From the NCBI GenBank assembly GCA_046340555.1, contig JBKDSL010000006.1, positions 21,480 to 85,479 of the forward strand: 64,000 nt of DNA, read 5' to 3'. This document shows positions 1 to 9,155 of the stretch, one piece after another. Each line of letters begins with the position of its first letter. The first letter of the stretch is position 1. The translations under genes were made by a program, and so were the position numbers. The notes beneath the pieces were generated by a model. The model was given only the letters and a program-made list of their open reading frames with translations, had not been told where the DNA came from and made no database searches. The stretch is from Bacteroidota bacterium (GTDB lineage: Bacteria; Bacteroidota; Bacteroidia; AKYH767-A; OLB10).

Positions 1-119
1 GGTCGGGATAAGGTTGTGCCCGATAGATTTATGCTAGTACAAAGGAACGGAATTTTATCCAATCAGCCAAGACTTTTTTATGTGGAGTCAGTTCATTTTT
101 AATTCGTTGCGTCTAGCTT

Positions 120-482
120 TTGAGTGCGATAAATTGTGCGGATTTTATGGGTTTTGATTTCATTAAACCTTATATTTGTATAAACTATTTTCAATTGCAG
201 GGTATGATCAAGTTTAATGCGCAGTTCCAATCAAAATTGGAGGATGTTTTTGAAGAGAACGGATACAAGGTCCGTTATGAAAAGGGTAATTTCAAATCCG
301 GTTTCTGCATAATTGAAGACCGCAAGTTGATTGTGCTTAACAAGTTTGCCGTACTTGAAGCGAGGATTAATTCCATGGTGGAAATCATGCGTCAACTCAG
401 TAATCAGGATTTGTTGCAGGGCGAGAAATTCGAGCAGATAAAACCATCGCTAGCCCAACAACAAACACTACAAGTGGCTTAG
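120..482 (+). CDS. Hypothetical small protein. The true start may be the internal Met at about 207 (MIKFNAQ...). Stop overlaps the GTG start of the downstream MBL hydrolase.
   Basis: ORF-track ORF with no recognisable motif. It is read as coding only because it is compactly coupled to the next gene. Confidence 0.35.
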   Translation: MSAINCADFMGFDFIKPYICINYFQLQGMIKFNAQFQSKLEDVFEENGYKVRYEKGNFKSGFCIIEDRKLIVLNKFAVLEARINSMVEIMRQLSNQDLLQGEKFEQIKPSLAQQQTLQVA

Positions 483-1243
483 TGGAAATCGTTTTTCTTG
501 GAACCGGCACTTCGCAAGGCGTACCTCTTATCGCTTGTACATGCGACGTTTGCCATTCCGACGATCCAAGAGACAAAAGGCTTCGGACATCAATTTTGAT
601 TCGTAAAGGATCTACTAATGTGGTCGTCGACTCCGGCCCTGATTTCCGTCAGCAAATGCTTCGTGAAAATGTAGGGCATTTAACGGGTTTGGTGTTTACG
701 CATGAGCATAAAGACCACATCGCCGGCATGGATGACATTCGAGCTTATAATTATGTAAACCAATCCAAAGTTGATGTATATGCTACAAATCGTGTGCAGG
801 ATTCGCTTCGGAGGGAGTTTCCATATGTTTTCGAGGATTTGAAATATCCTGGAGTGCCAGAGATAAATTTACATACCATTGAAAACACGCCTTTTCAGGT
901 TGGCGAGTTGGTGTTGCAACCACTCGATGTGCTTCATTACAGGTTACCTGTTACCGCTTTTAGGATAGATGATTTCTCCTATGTTACGGATGCAAATCAT
1001 ATACCTGAATCAACTTATGAGAAACTGAAGGGAACGAAGGTTTTGGTCATAAACGCTCTTCGTTTTGATAAGCATATATCACATTTCAACTTCGATGAGG
1101 CATTGGAGGTTATAGAGCGTGTGGCTCCTATAAGGGCATACCTGACTCATATTTCGCACCAATTAGGCAAAACCATCAATGTTGATGCCATGCTCCCTGC
1201 CCACGTGAAGTGCGCCTATGATGGACTTTCAATAAAAATCTGA
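482..1243 (+). CDS. MBL-fold metallo-hydrolase (PhnP/GPMO-like small beta-lactamase-fold protein)
   Basis: GTG start. Motifs: VFLGTGTSQGVP near the N-terminus, HxHxDH metal-binding motif (THEHKDHIAG), and a downstream YLTHISH motif. Confidence 0.75.
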   Translation: MEIVFLGTGTSQGVPLIACTCDVCHSDDPRDKRLRTSILIRKGSTNVVVDSGPDFRQQMLRENVGHLTGLVFTHEHKDHIAGMDDIRAYNYVNQSKVDVYATNRVQDSLRREFPYVFEDLKYPGVPEINLHTIENTPFQVGELVLQPLDVLHYRLPVTAFRIDDFSYVTDANHIPESTYEKLKGTKVLVINALRFDKHISHFNFDEALEVIERVAPIRAYLTHISHQLGKTINVDAMLPAHVKCAYDGLSIKI

Positions 1244-1552
1244 TCAGGTCAAGCCAGGGAATCCCGGAAACATGCCTTGGCCTACAGCACGCATTTCCGT
1301 TTCCATGATATTCCTTGATTGCTCGATTGCCCTGCTGATGGCCAACTCGGTCAACTCTTCAAGTTCTTCTTTCCTAGAAGGGTCCATAAGCCTATCATGG
1401 ATTTCCACGGCTTTGACTTTCATGTTACCGGTCATCGTGACCTTTATTTGTCCCTCTCCGGCTTCTCCGATTACAGTGATATGGTCGAGCCTACCTTTGA
1501 CTTCTTCCATGGCCTTTTTCATCTGGCCCATTTTGCCTAGCATGTCAAACAT
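1244..1552 (-). CDS. ybaB: YbaB/EbfC family nucleoid-associated DNA-binding protein
   Basis: 102 aa. Starts MFDMLGKMGQMKKAMEEVKGRLD..., has the GEAG...G.IKVTMTG core, and ends in the Gly/Pro-rich tail typical of YbaB. Confidence 0.85.
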   Translation of the reverse strand: MFDMLGKMGQMKKAMEEVKGRLDHITVIGEAGEGQIKVTMTGNMKVKAVEIHDRLMDPSRKEELEELTELAISRAIEQSRNIMETEMRAVGQGMFPGFPGLT

Positions 1553-1565
1553 TGTTTTTGGGAAT

Positions 1566-2399
1566 TTAAATCAAGGATTTAAGTAATTCTAAATTCTCTC
1601 GATCCCATTCATCAGACTTCTCTGTCTCGATGACTTTAGGGATTTTTGGAAAGTTATTCATGATATAACGAAAGGGCTCTAAGCCAAGTTTGCCTTTACC
1701 GATATGTTCGTGGCGGTCGAGATGAGACCCTAAATCCCCTTTGCTGTCATTCAGGTGGAACGCCTTCAGGTTTTCCAAACCCAAAATGCTGTCGAAAGCG
1801 GCAAATGTTTCTTCGCATCCTTTTTTGGTTCTGATATCGAATCCAGCTGCAAAAGCGTGACATGTGTCGAAACAGTACCCAATTCTTTTTGAATTGGTAA
1901 GATCTGATATTTGTTTCAAATTCTCAAACGGACCACCTACGCTGGAACCTTGACCTGCGGTGTTTTCGAGCAATATCATCACATTGCTGCCGGAAGATTT
2001 GTCTAATACTTGTCTTAGGCCGTCGGCGATTTTTTTGATTGCAGTCTCCTGGGTTTGAGAGCCGGCAGCGCCTGGGTGCAGTATGCAAAAACTAAGGCCC
2101 AGAAGTGTGCATCTTTCAACCTCCAAAATCAGCGCTGCTATTGATTTTTCACGGGTCTCATCCGATTCAGCGGCCAAGTTTATTAGGTAGGAGCAGTGAG
2201 AAAAGGCCACTTTTATCTGGCTGGATTTCCAAGTGTCCTGGAAGGCAATGCGTTCTTCATCCGATATCGGTTTGGCATTCCATTGGCGCTGGTTTCGCGT
2301 AAAAACCTGCATCACATCAATATGCAATCCATTGGCCTCACCAAAGGCGTTTTCAAGTCCGCCTGAAACGGAGCAGTGTACTCCTAAAAAATGTTCCAT
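1566..2399 (-). CDS. nfo: Deoxyribonuclease IV (endonuclease IV, AP endonuclease family 2)
   Basis: 277 aa. TIM-barrel AP-endonuclease-2 motifs: HCSYLINLA, ILHPG, LLENTAGQG, YCFDTCHAFAAG, FHLNDSK, HEHIGKG. Confidence 0.85.
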   Translation of the reverse strand: MEHFLGVHCSVSGGLENAFGEANGLHIDVMQVFTRNQRQWNAKPISDEERIAFQDTWKSSQIKVAFSHCSYLINLAAESDETREKSIAALILEVERCTLLGLSFCILHPGAAGSQTQETAIKKIADGLRQVLDKSSGSNVMILLENTAGQGSSVGGPFENLKQISDLTNSKRIGYCFDTCHAFAAGFDIRTKKGCEETFAAFDSILGLENLKAFHLNDSKGDLGSHLDRHEHIGKGKLGLEPFRYIMNNFPKIPKVIETEKSDEWDRENLELLKSLI

Positions 2400-2483
2400 T
2401 TTTTTTGTTGCTAATTTACTTCAAAGGTTTTGAACCCCAATCCCGATTTCGTTTACATTTGTGTGAATTCGAAATCATTTATC

Positions 2484-3884
2484 GTGAAAATCAAATTTTG
2501 TGGCGCCGCTGGTACGGTAACAGGCAGCAAGCATCTGATCACCACCGATTCCGGCTTGAACATCTTATTGGATTGCGGTTTATTCCAAGGAATGGGATCC
2601 GAAACTGATCCGCTGAACCGAAATTTCGGCTTCGACCCTCTGGTTGTCGATCATCTGATTCTGAGCCATGCACATATAGACCACTCCGGATTGATACCCA
2701 GACTGGTTCACGAAGGATTTAGAGGAACTATACATTGCACCCCTGCGACTTATGATTTATGCGAGTTAATGCTCCGCGATAGCGCTTCCATTCAAGAATC
2801 GGATATTGAATACATAAATCGGCGACGTAAAAACCGCGGACAAACATTGTTGAAACCATTGTATGATTCGGATGATGCCGAGAAATCCTTCCCGTTTTTC
2901 AAAACACTACCTTATGGAGACTGGCGTGATTTAGGCGGAGGCGTTTCGTTTTGTTTTACTGATGCAGGACATGTATTAGGAAGCGCATGTGTTAGTCTTC
3001 GATTTCACGAGGATGGTGTTAAAAGCCTGTTTTTTACAGCTGACATCGGGCGGCCCGGTGATCAGATTTTGCGTTCGCCTCAAGCTGTCCCCCAGCCTGA
3101 CTATATTATTTGCGAATCCACATATGGCGATAGGTTACACGAGCCCATAGAAGGTTCTGAAGCTCGACTACTTGAGATTGTTCTTCAAACTTGTGTTAAA
3201 AGAAGCGGTAAGCTGATTATACCTGCTTTCAGTCTAGATCGTACTCAGGAGTTGATATACGCCTTGGATCGTCTTGAGCATTTAGGACACCTGCCGCCGG
3301 TTAAAGTGTATATCGACAGTCCATTGTCTGTCCATACTACACGAGTTATTCAGAAGCATATCGATTGTTACAACGACACCATTCGTGATTACATGTTGGA
3401 GGGTGATCATAATCCATTTTATTTCCGGAACCTTCACTTTATCACAGACGTTGAGCAGTCTAAGAAGTTAAATCATTCCAAAGAGCCTTGCATTATTATT
3501 TCTGCAAGTGGCATGGCAGAGGCAGGACGTGTCAAGCATCACATCAAGAATGCCATTGGTGACACAAACAACACAATTCTGCTGGTGGGATATTGTACGC
3601 CATCCAGTTTGGGCGGGCGTTTAGCTTCGGGTCAAAAAAATGTCAGGATTTTTGGAGATGAACACCACGTTAGGGCCCAGGTGGTTACCATGGAATCTTA
3701 TAGTGCTCATGCCGATTATTCGGAAATTTTGGATTTCTTAGGTCATGCAGACCTTCACAAAGTGAAGAAAGTTTTTCTAGTACATGGAGAGCCGCCCGGA
3801 TTTGAGAATCTCAGGAGGTTGTTAGGTGATAAAGGAGTAAAAAGCGTAGTGGTTCCCGAGCTTGGCGAATCATTTGAAATCTGA
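2484..3884 (+). CDS. MBL-fold beta-CASP RNA-metabolising hydrolase (RNase J / CPSF-like)
   Basis: N-terminal KIKFCGAAGTVTGS, HAHIDHSG metal site, and C-terminal beta-CASP motifs (ESTYGDR, YSAHAD, LVHGE). The ORF track starts at ATG 2430. An in-frame GTG at 2484 gives the typical M-KIKFLGAAG N-terminus, so the start is uncertain. Confidence 0.75.
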   Translation: MKIKFCGAAGTVTGSKHLITTDSGLNILLDCGLFQGMGSETDPLNRNFGFDPLVVDHLILSHAHIDHSGLIPRLVHEGFRGTIHCTPATYDLCELMLRDSASIQESDIEYINRRRKNRGQTLLKPLYDSDDAEKSFPFFKTLPYGDWRDLGGGVSFCFTDAGHVLGSACVSLRFHEDGVKSLFFTADIGRPGDQILRSPQAVPQPDYIICESTYGDRLHEPIEGSEARLLEIVLQTCVKRSGKLIIPAFSLDRTQELIYALDRLEHLGHLPPVKVYIDSPLSVHTTRVIQKHIDCYNDTIRDYMLEGDHNPFYFRNLHFITDVEQSKKLNHSKEPCIIISASGMAEAGRVKHHIKNAIGDTNNTILLVGYCTPSSLGGRLASGQKNVRIFGDEHHVRAQVVTMESYSAHADYSEILDFLGHADLHKVKKVFLVHGEPPGFENLRRLLGDKGVKSVVVPELGESFEI

Positions 3885-3893
3885 AGATTTAAG

Positions 3894-4280
3894 TTATTTG
3901 TAATCTCGATTTATCTCATCATCTGTTGGGAAAACAATGCTTTTGTTTCCTGTGGGCCTTGACCAGGTTACAAATTTACCAGTGCCATCACAAGCATATC
4001 CCGATACAGTGTCTCCTGGAGAGATGTTCAGGTGATTGAAAACCCTCCAGCGATTTGATTTCTCCTGTATGGCTAGTTTGATATCCACCGACTTTCCACA
4101 TTGATTTACAAAGTAAGCTTTATAGGTGTTGTTGGAGTTGATGCAATTTCCAACGGGATTGCTCCACTCCGAATTCACCTTTACGATACAGCCTTCATTG
4201 TTTGACTGCGCTATTGAACTGTAGTTGGAAACCAATACGGAGGCTGTAATCAATACCAAAATTTTAATCGATGTTTTCAT
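3894..4280 (-). CDS. Hypothetical secreted Cys-containing protein (signal peptide MKTSIKILVLITASVLVS...)
   Basis: N-terminal signal peptide and six Cys. No family recognised. Confidence 0.45.
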   Translation of the reverse strand: MKTSIKILVLITASVLVSNYSSIAQSNNEGCIVKVNSEWSNPVGNCINSNNTYKAYFVNQCGKSVDIKLAIQEKSNRWRVFNHLNISPGDTVSGYACDGTGKFVTWSRPTGNKSIVFPTDDEINRDYK

Positions 4281-4294
4281 TCTGATTATCTCTA

Positions 4295-4813
4295 TTATTT
4301 ACAGTAATTGTTTTTTAGTATGATAGGTGCTTCCTTGTTGCCTAGTTTTTTTGATTTTTTCCAGTCGTCGCAAGCTCCGCTCGAGTCGCCTAACTCCTTT
4401 TTGGAGAATCCTCGGTTATTGTACGCCTCCTGATCGCTAGGGTCAAGCTCTAATACCTTATTGAAATCATCAATGGCAGATTCAAATTGACCTGTTTTGT
4501 TTTTTGCACTTCCTCTTGAAAGGTATGCGAACTTGTTGTCTGGAATCAGCATTATGGCAGCAGAAAAATCCGCTATAGCCTCCTGGTGTTTTTTTAGAAT
4601 ATTGAAGCAAAAACCCCTTTTGAGAAAGAAGTTGGGGTCGGAAGCATCCAAGGATATGGCCTTTGAAATTTGGACAACAGCTAATTCATAGTCCGCATTG
4701 GCTACAAGGTATTCCCCTTTTTTAAAATAATCAATTGCGGTACTGTCTTGGCCAAATACAACACAATTCGAATGGATCAGGATTATGGCTGTTATAAATA
4801 GTGTTATTTTCAT
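4295..4813 (-). CDS. Tetratricopeptide-repeat protein, secreted or periplasmic
   Basis: Signal peptide followed by three TPR-like 34-aa units (AxxxYxxAxxxxxKAIxLDP pattern). Confidence 0.6.
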   Translation of the reverse strand: MKITLFITAIILIHSNCVVFGQDSTAIDYFKKGEYLVANADYELAVVQISKAISLDASDPNFFLKRGFCFNILKKHQEAIADFSAAIMLIPDNKFAYLSRGSAKNKTGQFESAIDDFNKVLELDPSDQEAYNNRGFSKKELGDSSGACDDWKKSKKLGNKEAPIILKNNYCK

Positions 4814-5274
4814 TCGAATGGTTCTGATGATTTGTATTTTGGATCCATAACCAAATTGACCATGTGTTTAAGTGCTTTTTGCAGTCCGGATGCTGATTTA
4901 GGATCCAATTTTACAGGAAATGAAATCCTACCGTAGTCACGTTGGATTTTGCGCACAAACATTTGCCTATCCACACATTTGCTTCCTGTTTTACAGTTAA
5001 TAGAGAGAATACCTGCCTGACTGTCGTAATTAACGGATGACATATTCAAGTCCTTGCACATTACTTGATCCTCACGGACGATTTGACCGTTATTGAAGTA
5101 GCGAGAAACAATAATCCCCCTGTCGACTGTTAATTCTGAAACAGGTCTCAATTTACCGTTTATGTAATTAAGCGTTTGCTCCATATCTATATCCTGTGAC
5201 TTGATATCTTTTGGCAAAAAAACCGATAGGCAGGCCATGAGAAAGATAAATTTGTAGTGAATCATATTATTCAA
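4810..5274 (-). CDS. Hypothetical secreted protein
   Basis: Signal peptide MIHYKFIFLMACLSVFL. 4-bp overlap with the downstream TPR gene suggests an operon. Confidence 0.45.
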   Translation of the reverse strand: MNNMIHYKFIFLMACLSVFLPKDIKSQDIDMEQTLNYINGKLRPVSELTVDRGIIVSRYFNNGQIVREDQVMCKDLNMSSVNYDSQAGILSINCKTGSKCVDRQMFVRKIQRDYGRISFPVKLDPKSASGLQKALKHMVNLVMDPKYKSSEPFE

Positions 5275-5406
5275 AAATAATAAACTGCTTGTGCTCCTTT
5301 GGTCGAAATTCCAAATTCATTTGTTGTGTACGTTCGTTATTGTGTTTATCTTTGATAACATCGTGAGCCAAGCTTAAGTATTTGATAAATAGCTTTTTGC
5401 GACAAT

Positions 5407-6720
5407 TTGAAATCGATAATCAGGCATATTGAGTTCACTTTTAAGGTTATAGCCATAACCGTGCCTATTTTTTTATGTGGCAATGTACTGTTCGCGCAAT
5501 CAAGGGTCAGCGTGCCTGTGAAGATCAAGGTTGAAGATGGGGATATCAATGATGTAACGGTTATTTTGCGCAACCTGACTTCTGGCGAGAATATCGAGAT
5601 ACCTGGTCAACAAAGGATGGATTTGGAACTGCGTTTAGACAACAATTACATCATATCGTTTACCAAGCAAGGATATATAACCAAAAGGATTGCATTCGAT
5701 GCGCGAATGCCTGGCGATCGGGCCATGCAAGAGTTGTATCCTTTCAACTTTGAAGTCATTTTGTTTCCCCAGTACGAAGGTTTGAATGTTGTGGTGTTTA
5801 ATCAACCTGTAGCCAAAATATTTTTCGACCCATTGTTGGATGATTTCGACTATGATACCGATTATACTAAGCAAATACAGTCTGCATTGAAAAAAGTAGA
5901 GGAGGAATTGGTTCAAAGGCAGAAGGAAGAGCGGAAGTTGGTCGAGGAAAAAAAGAAACAGGAACAGCAGCAGTTGGTAATTGAGGATAAGCAAAAGAGG
6001 GAAGATGAGCGTAAAAAGCGCGAAGAAGAAAGAATTTTGAAAGTCGAAAACGAAAGGAGGGTGGCTGAGGAACAAAAGTTAAAGAAGGTTGAGGAGGAAA
6101 AGCGTCGACTGGAAGCAAGGGCTTCTCAAGGAATGGACAGTCGTGGGCAATCTTCAAGTTCAGGGCAGGAAATCAATTCAAAGTCTTCCATTGGTTATCC
6201 AGGAAATGAAGGACGGAATCCCATTATAGGCAATAGTGGTGCTGATACATCTTCAGGAGTTCTTGGAAATGGGAATGGGTTATCGTCAAAGAACCCTGCT
6301 TCATTAGGAGAGGGTAGTGACGTACGTGGAGCTGCAATTCAAGAAGGATCAGGTTCTGATAGTCGTAATGAGGTTCTTGAATCAGGTAATGGAAAAGATG
6401 TGAAACGGGCTGAAAAGGCATTTGAAACTCGAGGAAGTGAAAGTAAGTCCGACACTATGATTAATAAATCTGCAACCAATACTTATTCCAAGGAATCAGT
6501 TTCATATCCTAGTTCACCAGCTACGAATCTTGTGCGGTCTGACATGAAGATTGAGGAATACCAAGAGAATGGTAAAAAGGTCACAAAAGTGAGTTTTGAA
6601 AATGATGCGCTAGGAAGGGTTTTCATGAAAGTGAGATACGATTGGGGAGGTGTTTACTATTTTGAATCAGGTAGATATATATCCCAAGCCTATTTCTTTT
6701 CCGTCACGAACATTCAGTGA
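5407..6720 (+). CDS. Hypothetical secreted protein with a globular N-domain, a charged E/K/R-rich coiled-coil segment, an S/G-rich disordered region and a small C-terminal domain
   Basis: TTG start with a signal-peptide-like N-terminus (...ITVPIFLCGNVLFAQS). About 90 aa of EEKKRQ-type heptad-like repeats are followed by a Ser/Gly/Asn-rich low-complexity stretch. Confidence 0.5.
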   Translation: MKSIIRHIEFTFKVIAITVPIFLCGNVLFAQSRVSVPVKIKVEDGDINDVTVILRNLTSGENIEIPGQQRMDLELRLDNNYIISFTKQGYITKRIAFDARMPGDRAMQELYPFNFEVILFPQYEGLNVVVFNQPVAKIFFDPLLDDFDYDTDYTKQIQSALKKVEEELVQRQKEERKLVEEKKKQEQQQLVIEDKQKREDERKKREEERILKVENERRVAEEQKLKKVEEEKRRLEARASQGMDSRGQSSSSGQEINSKSSIGYPGNEGRNPIIGNSGADTSSGVLGNGNGLSSKNPASLGEGSDVRGAAIQEGSGSDSRNEVLESGNGKDVKRAEKAFETRGSESKSDTMINKSATNTYSKESVSYPSSPATNLVRSDMKIEEYQENGKKVTKVSFENDALGRVFMKVRYDWGGVYYFESGRYISQAYFFSVTNIQ

Positions 6721-6778
6721 AGCAGATTTGCTTGATGAAAGTAAACCGGTCCAAGAGGTCAATTCAAATTAATAAAAA

Positions 6779-6803
6779 AGCCAACCCTTTTTCGGGGTTG
6801 GCT
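6779..6803. terminator. Bidirectional rho-independent terminator between two convergent genes
   Basis: GCCAACCC-TTTTTC-GGGGTTGGC hairpin flanked by A6 upstream and T6 downstream, so it reads as hairpin plus U-tract on both strands. Confidence 0.75.
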
Positions 6804-6822
6804 TTTTTGATTTGAATAGCTA

Positions 6823-7554
6823 CTATTTCTGAGTTTCTATGGATAGAAGTTCCACTTCAAAAACCAAGGTTTCACCAGGTCCGATGGTGGGAGGGCTTCC
6901 TGCATCTCCATAGGCCAAATCAGATGGGATAAACAACTTCCATTTAGATCCAACAGGCATGAGTTGAAGCGCCTCTACCCATCCTTTGATTACACCATTA
7001 ACTGGGAAGGTTGCGGGTTCTTTTCGATCAACAGAGCTGTCAAAAACGGTTCCGTTGATTAGAGTTCCGTGGTAATGGGTTTTCACCATGTCCGTTTCCT
7101 TTGGCTTTGGACCTTTGCCTTCTTTGATAACAGAATATTGAAGTCCGGAAGGGAGTGTTTTCACTCCGGATTTTTTTCCGTTCTCACTAAGAAATGCAGC
7201 GCCTTTATCTTTGTTTTCCTTGAGCTTCTTGCCAGATTCTTCTTGCTTCTTTTGCTGCAAAGATTGGATGTATTCGTTAATTACCGATTGACACTGTTGC
7301 TGACTCATAGTTGATTCTTTGCCGCTAAAAACATCCCGCATTCCGGCAGCCATGAGTTCAATGCTGATATTGTCGAGTTCACTCATTTTCAAATTCCTTC
7401 CTATGTCACCACCGATGGCGTAACTAAGAGAGTCAAGTTTGGTTTTCATAACGGGTTTACCGCCTTGTTCGCTGGCGCTCTGGCTCTGACCTTCACAAGA
7501 GGTAACCAATGTGAGTGCCATGCAAAATACTGATGCTTGAATGATGGATTTCAT
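6823..7554 (-). CDS. FKBP-type peptidyl-prolyl cis-trans isomerase (FkpA/FklB-like), lipoprotein or periplasmic
   Basis: Signal peptide with lipobox-like LTLVTSCEG. C-terminal FKBP domain with YHGTLINGTVFDSS...GVIKGWVEALQLMPVGSKWKLFIPSDLAYG. Confidence 0.85.
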   Translation of the reverse strand: MKSIIQASVFCMALTLVTSCEGQSQSASEQGGKPVMKTKLDSLSYAIGGDIGRNLKMSELDNISIELMAAGMRDVFSGKESTMSQQQCQSVINEYIQSLQQKKQEESGKKLKENKDKGAAFLSENGKKSGVKTLPSGLQYSVIKEGKGPKPKETDMVKTHYHGTLINGTVFDSSVDRKEPATFPVNGVIKGWVEALQLMPVGSKWKLFIPSDLAYGDAGSPPTIGPGETLVFEVELLSIETQK

Positions 7555-7772
7555 GTTGATTATTTAAGTTTCGACAAAGATACTTTTTTAAAATATGATG
7601 AGTTTGTTTTGTGAACGATACATGATTTAAGTGGTTGTTTATAAATTATTTACGAATTAAAAGGTTGCTCGGGCGATAGTAAAATCGAGTATTTGGGAAG
7701 CTGTTTTTAAATTCATTTGATTCTGCGGCACGCCTTATAACTATATTTGGAGCGGTTGGGACAGAGTTTGAA

Positions 7773-9122
7773 ATGAGTTATTTCTCGATAATCGATCTTT
7801 TTTATGGGCCGCTGTTTTTGATGGCCTTGATTGTTTATGCCCGTGTCACAAAGTACAGTCGAGTTGAGAAGATGCCCGAGTTCGAATATTTCTCATGGGG
7901 ATTGTATTGTAAAATTGTAGGCGGTCTCTCACTTTGCTTTATCTATGCGATCTATTATGGTGGTGGCGACACTTTGAATTATTTCCGTGATGGCTCCATC
8001 GTTGCCAAGCTGTTGTTTTCAAATCCTGCAGGTTTCTTCACCATTATGACGGAGGGTAATACACCTGAAACTCGATATGTGTTTAATGCCGAAACCGGTT
8101 TTCCAATTTACAGAGATGCCCCTACTTTCTTTGTGGTTCGTGTAGCAGCTCCCATTATCCTGCTTTCGGGTGGCAGTTTTGTGGTTACCACTATGATGTT
8201 CGCACTATTTTCTTTTTTTGGCAATTGGCGTCTTTACAAGGTTTTCATTGCCGAGTTTCCCGCAATGAAGAAAGAGATGGCCATTGCATTCCTTTTCATA
8301 CCAAGCGTCTTTTTCTGGGGTTCTGGTCTGTTAAAGGATACCATCACTTTGAGTTGTATTGGCTTTTTCACCTATTCGTTCTATAAGATATTCATTCAGC
8401 GAGAGAAGTTTGCTGGCAATATTTTTACAATTATTCTAACCAGCTATTTGATTTTGATGATCAAACCCTACATCATCTTCGCCCTTTTGCCAGGTTCAAT
8501 AATATGGATTATCAATAAACAGGTTATTGAAATGCAGAACAAGGTGATCAAGTTTTTAACGGGCCCCTTTTTGCTTGCTGTGGGAGTTGGCGGAGGTTAC
8601 TTATTATTGGCCAACATGGGAGATTTATTGGGTCTATATTCCTTGGATAGTGTATTGGATCGTGCAGTTATCACTAACAACGATTTGAAAGCTGATTATT
8701 ACAAAGGGAACAGTGTGGATATTGGAGAATTCGAAGCAACTATTCCCAGTATGCTCTCCAAAGCCCCTGTCGCAATCAACTTGGCACTATTCCGTCCCTA
8801 TTTATGGGAGGCAAACAACCTTGTAATGCTCTTATCGGGATTAGAGTGCTTTATCATGTTGATTTTCACTGTCCGCGTCCTCATAAAAACACGTTTTTTA
8901 GCTGCGTTTCCTATTATATACAAAAATCACCTGCTTTCGTTCGCCATGATTTTTAGTATTTTCTTCGCTTTCTCAGTGGGCATATCAACTAGCAACTTTG
9001 GTAGTCTCGTACGTTACCGAATCCCTGTTTTACCCTTCTTCATCGCTTCAATATATTTGATTCAATATATTTATTCGAAAGGAAAAGAAGAGCCAGTTGT
9101 TGACGGAAAGAAATCTGAATAA
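7773..9122 (+). CDS. Polytopic integral membrane protein (about 12 predicted TM helices), first gene of a polysaccharide cluster; possible polymerase, ligase or EpsG-like function
   Basis: 449 aa, highly hydrophobic with regularly spaced helices. No soluble-domain motifs. Placement next to the Wzm/Wzt/GT genes is the only functional clue. Confidence 0.55.
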   Translation: MSYFSIIDLFYGPLFLMALIVYARVTKYSRVEKMPEFEYFSWGLYCKIVGGLSLCFIYAIYYGGGDTLNYFRDGSIVAKLLFSNPAGFFTIMTEGNTPETRYVFNAETGFPIYRDAPTFFVVRVAAPIILLSGGSFVVTTMMFALFSFFGNWRLYKVFIAEFPAMKKEMAIAFLFIPSVFFWGSGLLKDTITLSCIGFFTYSFYKIFIQREKFAGNIFTIILTSYLILMIKPYIIFALLPGSIIWIINKQVIEMQNKVIKFLTGPFLLAVGVGGGYLLLANMGDLLGLYSLDSVLDRAVITNNDLKADYYKGNSVDIGEFEATIPSMLSKAPVAINLALFRPYLWEANNLVMLLSGLECFIMLIFTVRVLIKTRFLAAFPIIYKNHLLSFAMIFSIFFAFSVGISTSNFGSLVRYRIPVLPFFIASIYLIQYIYSKGKEEPVVDGKKSE

Positions 9123-9155
9123 GGTGATCCTGCTAAATGGGTTTCAGAGCAATGG

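Noticed and set aside
1272-1586. Plus-strand ORFs of 104 aa and 73 aa (1272..1586 and 1319..1540) overlapping ybaB
   Set aside because: They lie antisense to a well-conserved ybaB reading frame. Their translations are low-complexity and motif-free.
2105-2433. Short plus-strand ORFs inside nfo (2105..2302 and 2233..2433)
   Set aside because: They are antisense to the endonuclease IV gene, which has clear family motifs. No support for them.
5635-6157. Minus-strand ORFs of 146 aa and 96 aa rich in Leu, Phe and Pro
   Set aside because: They are the mirror image of the E/K-rich coiled-coil coding region on the plus strand. This is a low-complexity artefact.
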